Source: Phoronis australis (Eukaryota; Animalia; Phoronida). Taken from it: 41,678 nt of DNA. Location: assembly GCA_002633005.1 (NCBI GenBank), contig NMRA01000631.1, forward strand, positions 197,661 through 239,338. The letters are read 5' to 3'. The first letter of the stretch is position 1. Each line of letters opens with the position of its first letter. Below are positions 1 through 12,579 of this stretch, piece after piece. The position numbers were made by a program, and so were the translations under genes. The notes beneath the pieces were generated by a model. That model saw nothing but the letters and a program-made list of their open reading frames with translations. It was not told where the DNA came from and ran no database searches.

Positions 1-149
1 AATTCACTTGCGTTTTCCATCTAGGCCTACTTGGACGGGAGTGTCAGGCCTGTTGATGACAACCAATATTTCTAAAAAGATATCCACTGAATTATCAAAC
101 GCTTGCAACTATGGAATTCCCATAATTTTCTGGATTGTCACAAACTCAT

Positions 150-420
150 TCTTCCAGATGAAAACCATCTATTCTCATGTTAGAGCGAATTGTATTCATT
201 TGTATTGCCGATCTCTGACGTTGTCGGCAAAAATTCGGTTCACCGTTTGTGACACGGATATCTTCGATTCGTTGACCGAGCCCGGCAATATCACCACCAT
301 CCGGCCCTGGATTATCTGTCGTATCTGCATCTGAGTCAACGTCAGTATCTGAAACATCGTTCGGTTTTTAAAATAATCCTTAGGTTTAGCGGTGCTTCGC
401 TTTCGTGCGGCAGACAACAT
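150..420 (-). pseudogene. Possible decayed ORF start (basic then acidic low-complexity N-terminus), perhaps transposon-encoded
   Basis: ATG at 420 gives MLSAARKRSTAKPKDYFK; after a frameshift the sequence reads NDVSDTDVDSDADTTDNPGPDGGD..., then stops. No recognisable domain. Confidence 0.2.
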
Positions 421-436
421 TTCCAAGTATGTAGAA

Positions 437-619
437 TGCGCATGTCAATTGGTAACGGAAGCCAGGATAGAATTCAGTAACGTAAGGACCACGCTAGGTA
501 AACAAAACTCTGCGAGATTACGCGAGATATTACCGCTTGATTTAAATGAGAACACGTGATTTTGGCTGCAATTTCTCAGCGCGAAACACATATACTTAGA
601 ACTTTACTCAGTGACGTCA
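437..619. promoter_or_regulatory. Promoter-like motif cluster, probably internal to a transposon
   Basis: TGCGCATG (437-444, NRF1-like), ATTGG (448-452, reverse CCAAT), CGGAAG (456-461, ETS-like), TGACGTCA (612-619, CRE) in a locally CpG-rich stretch just upstream of the minus-strand ATG at 420. Confidence 0.3.
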
Positions 620-1487
620 CCCGCTGTCCCAAATCTCGGAATGCTCCCCCGAAACCGCAAACGTCACAGCCACTATCGAAGTTGAGTTTGCGAACGGCTC
701 GGCAGATTTTTAGAGGGAGTATGCGCCACAAACATAATGTTCATGCTGCCAACGAAACTCCTTATAAGGCAACGAGATGAACTCGGTCAATCTCAATGGG
801 CCGGTGGCACAAAAAGTAACCAATAATACTCATCTAAGTGAGAAATACACAAACAACAACCAATGAGAACCATCAGGGGCAGTTTCATGTAAATGTTTTT
901 GAGACTGGTATCGGTAAAGTCTGTCGTGGGGCCCACGGAATATTGAAAAATGTGCTACGAAAATTCTGGCCTCCCAGAAGACGGCCGTTGCATAGACTGC
1001 TGCGCAACAGTGTCTTTGCTGACAAGATATACTTCGCAGAACTAACCACCGAGTCTTAATTATTTTATTTTCAATGGGTAATATGATTAGTTCTCCGCCG
1101 AACACAAAAAGGTGACTGCAAAAGCGAAAAGGCCTAACGCAACTATCAGCGACTTTCGTGCCGGACTGCACCTCCAATGAGCAGGTAGTGGATTAGGCAT
1201 ATAGGTAGCACTGGGCCTTTGTTTAAATTGACTAGTTGTTTGGGTTGAATTGAAAAGATAATCGAGAGATTATTTACACGCCGCGTTACATCATAAATAG
1301 ACTTGCTGCCCGGTGTGCCGCTTGAGTGAGTCCGGTGATTAGGCTGTCCACAACCGACCACTGACTTCCTTAGGCTTAGCCTTTATTCAGTTTCAATGGA
1401 CTATGGCCAGTTGCTGTCAAGCGTAATTTGAACCAGTGAAGAACTTATTTACGATGACGACGCCTTTTTTACAAAGTAAACCCTATA

Positions 1488-1618
1488 TTTTTAAACTGGT
1501 CGCGGGATTTTTAAACAGGACGCTGAATTTTTAAACAGGACGCGGGACATTTAAACAGGACGCACGCTCGGCCAAACAGGACGCTGCGACACGTTAAAAG
1601 TGGTCGTGGAGAACACTG
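1488..1618 (-). mobile_element. hAT-like DNA transposon terminus with ~20-bp subterminal repeats; the other end is probably left of the window
   Basis: Minus strand begins CAGTGTTCTCCACGACCAC at 1618, followed by five copies (one degenerate) of an AAACAGGACGC-type motif at ~20-bp spacing. It abuts a truncated MITE end at 1619. Confidence 0.6.
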
Positions 1619-1669
1619 GCTCGCAACTCCCCAAAACATTGACACGTTGACGTTAGTATGAAATGCCCT
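1619..1669 (+). mobile_element. Right-end fragment of the Harbinger-like MITE family also at 9638 and 18946
   Basis: GCAACTCCCCAAAACA...ACGTTAGTATGAAATGCCCT matches 10094-10134 and the reverse complement of 18946-19000. Confidence 0.7.
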
Positions 1670-1897
1670 TATGGTGCACTGTTAACTTTTTAAGATTCAC
1701 GGTCAACTTCAAACGATACTGAACCTGGCTTTGGCCTATGAACATATATCAAATACTCACAATGACTTGCAATTGTTCTTAAAATTTAATTTTTTAAAAT
1801 GAAATAACGTTCTATTACTGTGGACAATATTCAAAAGTTTTGAGCAAGTTTGAAAATTCCTTACAAAGTTTGCTAGGTCGGCAATTAAATGTGACTC

Positions 1898-2137
1898 CGG
1901 TAAAATCTCACAAATTTAGTACACAACAGGTGATATTTTATTTTCTCATTTTTAAGTAAGATATGTATCATTAAAGTTAAAGCTTTACTGTTTTTAAGAT
2001 TCAAACTTTATCACAAAATTTTGAAAAATCCAAACCATTCACAACATTGTTAGAGGACCTTGAAAATTTAGAATGGGAATTTCGGCAATTATTTTTGTCC
2101 GAAATGAGTGAGTGTCATATTTGAATAACGCTTACTG
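1898..2137 (-). mobile_element. Degenerate Tc1/mariner-like MITE related to 21993-22217, in opposite orientation
   Basis: Begins CGGTAAAATCTCA; internal GGCAATTATTTTTGTCC is nearly the reverse complement of GGACAAAAATTATTGCC in the 21993 copy. Confidence 0.5.
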
Positions 2138-3037
2138 TGTATCACCCAATGTCAGTAACAGTCATGCTTCTGCATATAACAGAATCAACAGAAGAAGTAA
2201 TGTCATTCGAGGCTATACATTTGGTGTAGAGCCAGGGCTGCTTTGTCAGCCATCGTTATGTCGCTGTATTTAAAAAGCTCAACAAACTAACAGGTCATGC
2301 CCTTTCCTTTTTCTGTCGAACAATTTCGTAAATTATTAGTAACCCAATTTGTTTGAATACTGGAAGGCCTGAAGATCACTTTAATGAGGCTTAAACATCC
2401 ACTATTAGGAACTCCATAATCATGTTGATTACAGACATTTCCTTCATTTCATCTTGGCCTGACCTCTGCAATGTATGCACCTCATTCAGCTCAGCAGTAG
2501 CCCAGGGCATGGCTTACAGCTGATATTCAGTCCGTGATTATTGACTGAACTGTTTGTTAAAAAGTTCTCAACCAGTTTACCAACAGGTTGTGTGTCTGAC
2601 TGATCGTGATTATATAGCTCTGTGAACACCTGGGCCTCTGTCTCACTTTGTAGGCCTTTAAATAAGTCAATTTATTTTTTTAATCTGGCAATTTCTCACC
2701 TGTGACCTGTTAAATTTAAGTACGCCTGATCGACATTGTGGGATACGTCAGTCATTAGTGACACTTGCGGATCTAGAGTAGGGTGATGTAGGGGGTGACT
2801 ATTATTTTAAAACTACATGCTGATAACATTTTTTGGTCCAGTCCATAGGGAAGCCTGGACCCTCTGCCTCCCAATGAAAAGGCCTATGACTGAACGCTAT
2901 GACTTTGCTTGTTAAAGTCTGTAGAATACATGATGTGTAACTGTGGGCGAATTGATATGATGAATTTGGGTTTAAGCAAACAAATATCTTTTGTTTAGAT
3001 CCTGATTATTTACTCCATGTTGGTCTCACCTCACCTA

Positions 3038-3715
3038 AGAAGCATTTACACGGGAAACAGTTCAGTCAGTGTCACAGAGCAACTAACACGAACATCTGAA
3101 CTGGTGCAAGTAGTGTGTGTGAACTCGGCCGACAGGGAGCAATTTGGCACGGTGTAAATGACTCGTGCTGATCCTTTTTCGATCCAATTTCATGTAAATG
3201 TGAATTAAGTCCTGTTTAGACATCAGCTTTTGGCCTGGTGCAACTGACACGGAGCAAATTGATCGGTGTCAAGCGGCCATTTATACACACGACTCACTAA
3301 CTGGCAAGACGGAAGTTGTGGGCTCGAGAGTGGAACGCACATGTGCAGGTTTACAAATGGCGGGAGTTACAGATACAGAGAACTCGTATGAAGGTCATTG
3401 CAAAAGCGCAGTAGAGATGTTTCTTTCTGCCTTGCTCCAGTTTCGCGTTTAGACGTATAATTGATCCGGAGCAAGATGATTGAGCGCAAATTGCTTTACC
3501 TCACAAACAGGCGACAAAAGTTGTCACGCGGTGCCTTTGCTCCAGGTCAATCCTGTTTACACACATACTTGCACTAGAAGATCTCGTGCCATGTCAGCTG
3601 ATCGGTGTCAACTTTTGTAGTGTTAACGGCACTTTAATGGAGCAAGTTGCACCGTGACAACTTGCACCGTATCAACTTGCACCATGACAACTGTTCCCCA
3701 TGTAAAAACAGGTCT
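3038..3715. mobile_element. Old non-autonomous TIR element, PIF/Harbinger-like
   Basis: Imperfect TIRs TTTACACGGGAAACAGTT (left) and AACTGTTCCCCATGTAAA (right), with internal repeated GTTTACAC/GGAGCAA/TTGCACC motifs. Confidence 0.55.
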
Positions 3716-4290
3716 AGTGACTTCCTTCTTGACTTGAGCTGTTTATCGGGTGTTATGAATTACACTAGCTATATTAATTACATTGCATAAGATCAACACA
3801 TTCAGCCTTTTGTAGCAAGTGGGGTCTTATTGGAATGATATAGAGGTCAGGGGTAATTCAAGAAGGAAGTACTCAGGTGGACTCTTTCATAGTGTTGATT
3901 ATTAGTGCTGCATATAGAATTTATTTATTGAATAGAAGTCTTTAATGGCAAGGCATGGCTTCATTATCATTACAGACTAAATCCCTGAGTGTGATCAGAT
4001 GTCTAAGTACAGGATATAGGGTTCATAACATAATACCTGGGTTGTGTCTTACACTCCCCGAGACTTTATCCTTGCGCTTACGGGGAGGAATATTTGCTTA
4101 TGGAACAGAAACTGAATTATCTCATGTAATTTATAAAATTCTCTCCGATAATCAAAATTCCAACCTCACCAACCAATCCTTTCAGTGATCGCCATTTTGC
4201 TCTGATACGTTAGTTATACAAACTTGTGATTTTGCCTGGTCTTTTGTGATCTCGCTTTTCTTGTAAGAAATTTGGTCTACGAAATGCTGC

Positions 4291-4395
4291 CTCGGGACAA
4301 CTTGAGCAAGGGAGTAGTAAAATGAATGTTGATGTCACTGACTCGGACAACTTGAGCAAGGGAGTAGTAAAATGAATATTGATGTCACTGACTCC
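4291..4395. repeat. Two-copy ~50-bp tandem duplication
   Basis: GGACAACTTGAGCAAGGGAGTAGTAAAATGAATRTTGATGTCACTGACTC occurs twice. Confidence 0.9.
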
Positions 4396-5861
4396 GTTAG
4401 AATATGAATAATGATATGTTGCCTTTTGGAGTCATGAAATGTATATAGCGACCTCTAGCTTTCGGTCTCAAAACAAAACCAAGTGGAAAAAATCACATGA
4501 CCTGTCCGTCTGAGCCGAGACCACTTTCTTTCATTCACCAACTGGAAATGGCACTAAAATGCCAACCAGAGTTGGCACTTATCTCTGCCAACCTCTCCTT
4601 TAGAAAGAGGACCCTTGTGATAGTTCATCATTTTTAAATTTTATTTCAGACATTTAAACTTTTCAATGGCATTCGCCTTTGCTTCCGTATGCAAGCAACG
4701 GGCGCATTTCCTTGAGATTTGAACACGGCAGCCATGTTACCCTTGTATTTGTTGACCAAGCCCTTCTTGATGGAATAAGCTTCTGTAATAATATTGTAAA
4801 ACAGTGATACAACTGTGGTTGAAACTTGAAACATTAACTCTTGTATTGTGCCTTTTCATCCTTGGTTGCTTGGATAGCCCGCAAAGACAAGAAGAAAAAC
4901 TGCTTTTTACTGAGCTCTGTGAACAGGGCAATTGTACTGTGCAAGATCCCTGCAAAGATTGGTTTCCCACCACACAAAGATTGGCTTCAGTCAAAAGGGA
5001 CTTTATCTCACAGCTATAATGTCCCATTTAAAGTTCACATTTCATCTGCACTAATCTGTCTCTTTTGTCACTCCTGTAAAGTGGTCTACCACTGCCAGTT
5101 CCCATGATATTTGTTTCATCCTTTTGATCGTTTTTTTATTATGGCCAAACAAGTAGTGCTGCTGCAGAGCTGAACAAAGACTGCCTAGTTTGTCTTTCCT
5201 CTTTGGATGAAGAGAACTGGTTTTGGGTATTGTGGCTAGTACATTGGTTTTGCAAAAGCCCTGTCTATGTAAGCACCATTTTTAGCACCCCACCTGGAAC
5301 TGAGACAAAAGCTTGTTTGCAACACAACAATTATTGGAATTCAGACCTTTCATTTGTAATTCTAACGAGGTGGTCTCCAGGCCTTTATCCAGGATTTTGA
5401 AAATAGGGTGTCCAAAATGGGGTTCCCAACATTCCAGGGCGTCCATGATTCCGACGTATAACCCCCAACCCCAGCAATACCCCCAAACACACAGAATTTT
5501 TTTACAAAAAATGCATAGATCAAGGTTTTTACATCTAAGTTTATATGGTGAGCATTTTTTTTAAAAAAACTGTAAACCAAGACTTTTACAATGCTGTCAA
5601 TCAAGTGTCAAAATAGCAACACTGCATATACTTTGTATATACATTGTATATTTCTTTCTGCTTTGAAAAAAGAGTCCCCACTGTGAGCCTTCAGAGACTT
5701 CCTAGTATTCCTTACAATGTGAGTCCAAACTTGAAAAGTTCCTATTGACAGTGGGCGTCCAAATGATACATTAATTGGGCGTCCTTGCCAGGGCATCCAG
5801 ATTAGTGCTAGGGCGTCTATTTGGACGCCCAGGACAGCGTCCTTGCCATGGCATCCAGATT

Positions 5862-6632
5862 CAGTGGCGGATCTAGGATATCACGAGGGGGGGCCCAAAT
5901 TTTTTCCGGCTGTAAGAATTTGCGAAAACTGAACCACGATCGTAGATGCGCATANNNNNNNNNNNNNNNNNNNNNNNNNNNNNNNNNNNNNNNNNNNNNN
6001 NNNNNNNNNNNNNNNNNNNNNNNNNNNNNNNNNNNNNNNNNNNNNNNNNNNNNNNNNNNNNNNNNNNNNCATCGATTCTTAACAAATTTGTCGTATTTAA
6101 AATAGTCTTCAAATGCCAAAAAGACCAAATCCGGGACGGGATTGCTTTGGAAATCGTCTTAAGATAAGGTTTGGCAAAGAGAGTATTGCGAGTTTCTGAG
6201 TGATTCACTAAGGCTTCGATTAAAATTCACATCTTACCAGCAGCTTCTGTTTTTTCATCGTCACTCAGGTTCCATTTTCTTTAAAAAGTGAAGTAAATTT
6301 TCTTCATTGCACAGTGGAGCAGACGACAGAAACGGAGTCGTAGTGCACAGCACCACTGCCGGTCGCCTGGGATATCGCGGCAGAGCCTATACTTAGCCAC
6401 GATAGTTCCGTTACGAATGCGCCGTGTTCCGAATTTGACACTTGAAATTGGATTTGAGCCCCCCCCCAACACTAAAACTGCACACATTTAAATCTTTTTT
6501 CATTCGTCTAATTTTAATTACCGGGGTTAATTAATAAACTCACATTTCCCTGCGCTCTTACTGTTTTATTTTTTTGCGGCAGCCAAGGGGGGGGGGCCGG
6601 GCCCCCTGGGCCCTCCCCTAAATCCGCCTATG
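5862..6632. mobile_element. Nested TIR element with 5-bp TSD (hAT5-like)
   Basis: Left CAGTGGCGGATCTAGG, right CCTAAATCCGCCTATG; AGATT duplicated on both sides (5857-5861, 6633-6637). Confidence 0.8.
5955..6069. other. Assembly gap (115 N)
   Basis: Run of N. Confidence 1.
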
Positions 6633-8977
6633 AGATTAGTGCTAGGGTGTCTATTTGGACGCCCAGGACCTCCGCTGCATAAAGGCCTGGTGATCTCCAG
6701 TCTCATTCAAGGTTTCTCATTGCGACTGCTATCTTTGGTAGAAGTAAGATGTTTCTAAAATGTTGTCTGCGTTCAGGTGGGTACCTGCCTCTGAGTTTGT
6801 TCTCACAGGTTTAAAATGCAGATCAATGCAGGCAGACCCAAGAGAAAGTTGCTTTTGCAAAATCTTTAAATCATGTGACATGTGGCTAACACATCTTGGA
6901 TATTTGCAGACATGTAACTTCCAACAGCCCAATATGTGTCAGCTGATTAACAACCCTTCCATCTTATTTATGATGGGCCAGTCTTTATCAGTGATTGACA
7001 GTTGACCCTGGTGGCCACTTGACCCCTGTACACACTATCCTTGTTTGACTGACTGTGGGTACTGACTGCAGCAGGTGTTACTTCATCTGTTGACCCCTTA
7101 CATTATTAACAGCAAGGCTTTAATTTATTACTAAGCTGATGAAAATAGCTCCAGGATAGTTTCTTCAAGTACACTGTGCATTGTGCTTCGAGATTTGCTG
7201 TAACCATACCTTTAAAAGGACACTTAAAATGCCGAGAAATGCATTTTTGAGACTGTCCGTGGGTAACTCCTTGATGTTTGGTTTGTGGTTCTTTAGAAAT
7301 TGCTGATTCTCAAAATTGACTTCCAGACATTGAGGCTGGTGACCTTATCAGTTCATTGTTTTCAGCTGTTTGCCACATTCACTACTTGCACACTTTGGTG
7401 GCGCTGCAAAAATGATTGTTGTTTAGGACACAACGCCTCGTTTTAGCATAAATTTTAACAATGCAACCGTGAAAGTACGCGGGTTCCAAACATGCAGAAC
7501 CATTTTAGTTGGGACATGACGTCTCGTTTCCAAGTATAATGGCGAACTCGTGCAAGTTGTGAATTGGCTTTTGGCTCTGCTAGCAAAGAGTTGGACTAGA
7601 CCACCTTCCTTTTTTGAGGTCACATGTTCCAGTCTTGAGCTTATCTCTATACACAACATTGTGGCTGTCAATGCCACTTCAAGTCAGGGCTGAAGTGAAC
7701 ACCTGTGAATACCTGTTCTGGAAGTAATTGAAGTGATGCTGATCATTTTCAACTGTTAATCCTGTAGTTTATACCTGTACAGCTGTATAACATTAATATA
7801 TTCCTGAGGCTTTTCACATGCACACATAACCAAAGATTTTTAAAGTGGGAGTGATCTGTTTTGGCAAGCCATGGTCACAGGACTGCCAGCTGAGCATTGG
7901 TCATCCTATGTTAGTTCTACACAATTTTCTAAGGACATGTTTGAATAAGCTCTCAGGACAGTGTTTCCATTGAAGCCTCTTTTGGTTATTGTTGAGAAAT
8001 TTCTGTAAAATCATTTAAGCTTGACAGACACTGGGGTCAGTTGAATGGGGGGAAAATGATTAGGGCAATTTGTAAAGATAATGTTCTGTTGAGTTGGTTG
8101 GTAATGACCCAGGGAAAGTGTGAGAAAATCCATAATTGTTAGGATTCTGTGTGCCACCCTGATGGATTTGCATTCAATAAAATCCAAGAGTGGTCTAGAC
8201 TGTGGACCATGAATGGAAACTGACTTTCAAAAAGCATTCATGTTCAGAAACATTGGCCACGTTTTTAAGCAGAATACAAGTCTTGCCTTATTGCTAAATA
8301 TGCAAACCTGGTTGTATCTTTATTCTGCATTAGAACAGGAACTGAAAGTGGTTACATTGGCATTAATAATTCATGAGGGTTGTGCAAAGTATTGTGCACT
8401 GTTAGCATAACTGTACTGCTTTGCTTGTCTTCAATATTCATGGCCATCCTTGCTAAATATGCACAATGCATACAAACAAGTCTGGGCTGTTCATTCTAAA
8501 GCATTTATAATTAAAATACAGTATTAACCAAAAGTATTCAGACAAAATGACCCCAAATTCCCCATAATGACAGCTTGGCAGAAGCCGAATTCATTGTCAG
8601 ACTAGTCTTCTCTCATGACCGTTAAGATGGTTCTATGCCACCCTGTAATTAGAATTATGTGGCCCTGGTGCTTGTTACCTGTCATTTTTGCTGTTGACAG
8701 AATTGACAGTCACGACTTGGGTATTTTGTGTGATTAATTTCATCTCGGACTGTGCATGCATTCTGATTAATCACAGATGCAAACAAGCACAAGCTCACTT
8801 CTAAACTAGTAACAAACTTAATACGAACAGTAGTTTTCGAAAACAGTTGTCGTTTACTTTTCTTGTCGAATAAGAGCGAAATTTGGGAGCAAACAATTTT
8901 TGGCTATTTTCATCTGTTGTCTTTCTGGGGTTTTGCCAAAATATCAACAGAGCGTGATGAAATTAGTCGTGGTTTTT

Positions 8978-9208
8978 TATAACTCTGTTATTACTCTCTT
9001 CTGTAGGATTTATAACTCTGGTATTACTCTCTTCTGTAGGATTTATAACTCTGGTATTACTCTCTTCTGTAGGATTTATAACTCTGGTATTACTCTCTTC
9101 TGTAGGATTTATAACTCTGGTATTACTCTCTTCTGTAGGATTTATAAGTCTGGTATTACTCTCTTCTGTAGGATTTATAACTCTGGTATTACTCTCTTCC
9201 GTAGGATT
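8978..9208. repeat. Minisatellite, 33-bp unit x7
   Basis: TATAACTCTGGTATTACTCTCTTCTGTAGGATT repeated almost perfectly. Confidence 0.97.
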
Positions 9209-9637
9209 TCTCACAATTACTTCTTGCTGTAATAATTAACTGTAAATAATGATGGAATGTTTTAGTTGGGTTAGAACAGAGTAGTATTGAAATTCTTTAT
9301 TTTCTATTGTGGAATTTTTGTAGATAGTTTCCGCAGGCTCACAAAATTGATTTTTGTAAGGGCCACATTCAGTCAGTGGTCGATAATGATGTTTTCGTGT
9401 GCGTATATTGACATTTGGTGTTATAGTATGTGTAGTATTGGCGATAATTTGTGTGTGCTTAGTAGAACTGCTGTTATCTTGGTTGTGTCCTGCTCATTTT
9501 ATTGCCTTGTTAAGTTATGAAAGCTGTCTTTCGCTTTGTTTAGCCAGCTAAAAACGAAAATCAAATTCGGCCATGTTCTCTCATCATATCGGTCTCATAA
9601 TATGTCTTTCTATTTCGCTTACAAACTCAAGTCAAAC

Positions 9638-10134
9638 AGCCTTTTCATACTGACGTAACTCCGGTTCCAGCTGAGCATTGACACGAACTGCGAAGTTAAC
9701 TAAACTGTTCATACTGGTATTGGTAGTTAACGGACATCGAAGTAAACGGTAGGTGACACTGTTGTCATCGAAGTAATCGCATGGTAGCGCTGCACGCTAA
9801 GGTTTTTTTAATGTGACAATTTGGGAACATTTACATGTGCTAATTGACATAAAACTTATTTTTAATTTGATTGGTGATTATTCAAGCAAAATATAAACAA
9901 CTATTAGTGACGACACTACCCTTTAAATGTTGACGATGACATTGGCACCTGGCGTTAACTTCGATGGTTCGAAGTTGACCGTTCATATTGTACCGCAGCA
10001 TCGACGCTCCTCTGTTAAATCCACCTGTTTACTGCGAAATTAACTGGCGCTGTTAACTTCTATCCAGGACCGAAGTTAACCGTTCATACTGACCACAACT
10101 CCCCAAAACACACCACGTTAGTATGAAAGGCCCT
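9638..10134 (+). mobile_element. PIF/Harbinger-like MITE (~500 bp)
   Basis: TIRs AGCCTTTTCATACT / AGTATGAAAGGCCCT; internal repeated GTTAAC..GTTCATACT motifs; collinear with the reverse complement of 18946-19451. Confidence 0.75.
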
Positions 10135-11057
10135 AAAGACAATTACATACAGCAGCCATTTTATGATTGGTCATTGATGGCTTCAATGTTGGTATCTACC
10201 ATTCAATTTTAGTTGCTTAGCCAGCTAAACTGGTCAAAATACAGCTTTAACTTCTGTTGTCATCTGACATTAATTGGTGGTGTTTTTTAAATCTGTTAAG
10301 AATCGTGTGATTGGCTGAACTTGTCTACAAATCAGTTGCTTTTGAATCTGGTCCACCTGAGAATATAATTATATCTATATTCTGGGTTATATTTTCAAGT
10401 TCAATTCAGGTGCACCTGTCCACAACCAGAATGTCAGATTTTTGTTTGTTGGCTTTCAATGATTCTTTGAAGTTGCTCTAAACCCATATTTGTCCAGACA
10501 AATCAGCTTTTGATTTAAACCATATATAAAATTTGCTCCTTTCTCAGTTGAGAAATGGTCTCTATACTTGGAAAGAAAATACTAGCATTTTGTGACTGCA
10601 TACGCAACACATAACATTCCAAACAGTGAAAAGCTAACTTCTTGAACACCGTCTCGAACACCAATGAATCCTAAGATGGGAGTTAAATCACTTACAATGT
10701 TTTGCTCTATAAAAAATTAGATGCATAATTCGCATTTGTGTTTTAACAACCAGTATCCTGGTTAGGACCAGCTTGACAGTCTTTGATAAAATGTCCCTGT
10801 AGACTAATTACAGTAAATCTATTATCATTGACAGCTAAGCATGTTTTTTGCATTACAATACATTGTCTTTGGTGCCATCTTGTGTATATCGCTATTTCCT
10901 CTTCTCCATCATCCATCTTCCTCATTCCTCCAGTACAGTACAGGCCCTACCACAGTTTCCCAGCCATGTACACTCAAGCAATCTTCTTTCTCACAAATCA
11001 GCCTAGTTTGTAAACTGTTGACAGGTATAACTCTTGTTTTCACTTTGTTTTTTCCAG

Positions 11058-11119
11058 GGCAGCTCTCCTGTATGGGAGGACTTTATGGGTAAAGCTACCA
11101 AGTTACACTCAGCAATAAA
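11058..11119 (+). CDS. MTSS1: MTSS1/MIM-family I-BAR (IMD) protein, internal coding exon (equivalent to vertebrate exon 2)
   Basis: Polypyrimidine tract + CAG acceptor (tttgttttttccag), 62-nt exon translating GSSPVWEDFMGKATKLHSAI(K), donor GTAAGT. Matches human MTSS1 GSYPVWEDFINKAGKLQSQLR as recalled. Could equally be a co-ortholog of MTSS1 and MTSS2. Confidence 0.93.
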
Positions 11120-12579
11120 GTAAGTTTGCAATGCTGAAACGGTTTCATCAAACATTGGTAAAAATTATCACATGGGCAAGTCCTTGAAAAGGTCAACCTC
11201 GAGACAAAAAATTAAAGTTGTGGCTACACTAACATTTCTGGTCTCATCTGAAAGCCCAGTCTCTCTAGTTTTAGGATCCATGTTTGTATGTTCTGTAACT
11301 TTCAATTTTTGCCTTAGCGGACCCATTATTAGGGGTCGCCTGATCTTCATGTGTGTTTCTAATTATTATCGTATATAAGCTGACTGTATTTCTTGGTTAT
11401 CTGTCCTCCGTTTTTCTCATTCACCGTACGTCATTCTACGCTAGTTAAATCATTTGCGTATAGCTTTCTTGGACCTCAAGAAATTTAATTGGACCCCAAA
11501 AGTTTCAGAAGATGGGTTCATTGGAAGTGCAGGACAAACACTGTCTTGAGTAGTCCTGAATGTCTCCTGGTGACTTTCCATTCATTGTCAAGTGTCATCT
11601 TCAAGTGTCATTTGTACGTTGGGGTGACTAATCATATTTTCCTTGCGTTCATTAATAAAACTATCAAGTCAATGATCTAATTCAGGTCGAGCAAAAATTA
11701 ACATTGTTTTGGAAACGTAACTTGTCATTTCATTGTAGAAATAAATTCAGTCTCTTCAATGTATCTGACTGTGATTCTCCAAGCATGTCCTGTACCGTCA
11801 CTTTGATATGTTGATCGGTTCTTTTGAAACCCTGGATGTCTGTTCGTTTTCAGTTGTCCCTTGCCAGTGCCTGATTAGTGGTAAACTTAATATTCAGTTT
11901 AACCGTTAGTCTGGCTAATATCCACTTAATATTGATTTTTTGTAAGCGATCAATGCTGTTTGAGGCTGTGCCAAATTAAGGTTAAAGTCTAGTTGTTGTA
12001 AACAAGCCCAGGAGTCCCTTGCACGAGACAAATAGCAGGATTTTTGTGATTAAAAATTCGATGTTCTTGTTTTTAAAGTAGCAATAAACCCTCATTTGGT
12101 GTTAAAAACATCCACTTTCGTTGCAGGCGCATTTAATTTTCCCTGTACAACATCATTGTGTTATTATCTTTTGTTTGAATTGAATTTGGTGCTTTTGAGA
12201 ATGAATTGTCTAGAATTGGCAATGAGCCTGGTCTGAAGCACAAGCTGTCACGTGTTCTCCAGCCTGGAAATCATTTCTAATGTTATTGAATCATGAGAGG
12301 AGACTGTTTTATAACAGACAAAAGGCAGGGTGCGGAGGTGGGGGTGGGTTTACTCTTGTAAGGCTAATAGTAATTATTATTATAAGTCACAACACTTGGA
12401 CAATGCTTCTTCAAGAATGTGAAGTAATTTCCGATGTGTTTGACTTAAGGCCCTGTTCTGCTAAGCACCCATCCCCAAATTCTAAGAAATGTCTAGTTCA
12501 TATGGATAATCTTTTTTGCACATTCTATTTATCACCCACTCCTTGATTTTGGTTTCTTGTTTTATTTACCTTGCGTTTA

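Larger units (their letters stand above)
5378..6689. mobile_element. hAT-like non-autonomous element with 8-bp TSD, host of a nested insertion
   Basis: TIRs CAGGCCTTTAT...ATAAAGGCCTG; flanks GTGGTCTC / GTGATCTC (7/8 identical); subterminal GGGCGTCC/GGGTGTCC repeats. Spans an N gap. Confidence 0.8.

Noticed and set aside
556-1361. Several 70-115 aa ORFs near the window start as a possible MTSS1 first exon
   Set aside because: None contains the expected E.ECSALGGLFQ.II.DMK-type sequence ending at a phase-0 donor.
7423-7677. 84-aa minus-strand ORF
   Set aside because: No recognisable domain or convincing splice context.
8900-9232. ORFs with 11-aa repeats (NPTEESNTRVI / YNSGITLFCRI)
   Set aside because: By-product of a 33-bp minisatellite with stop-free frames; no splice or homology support.
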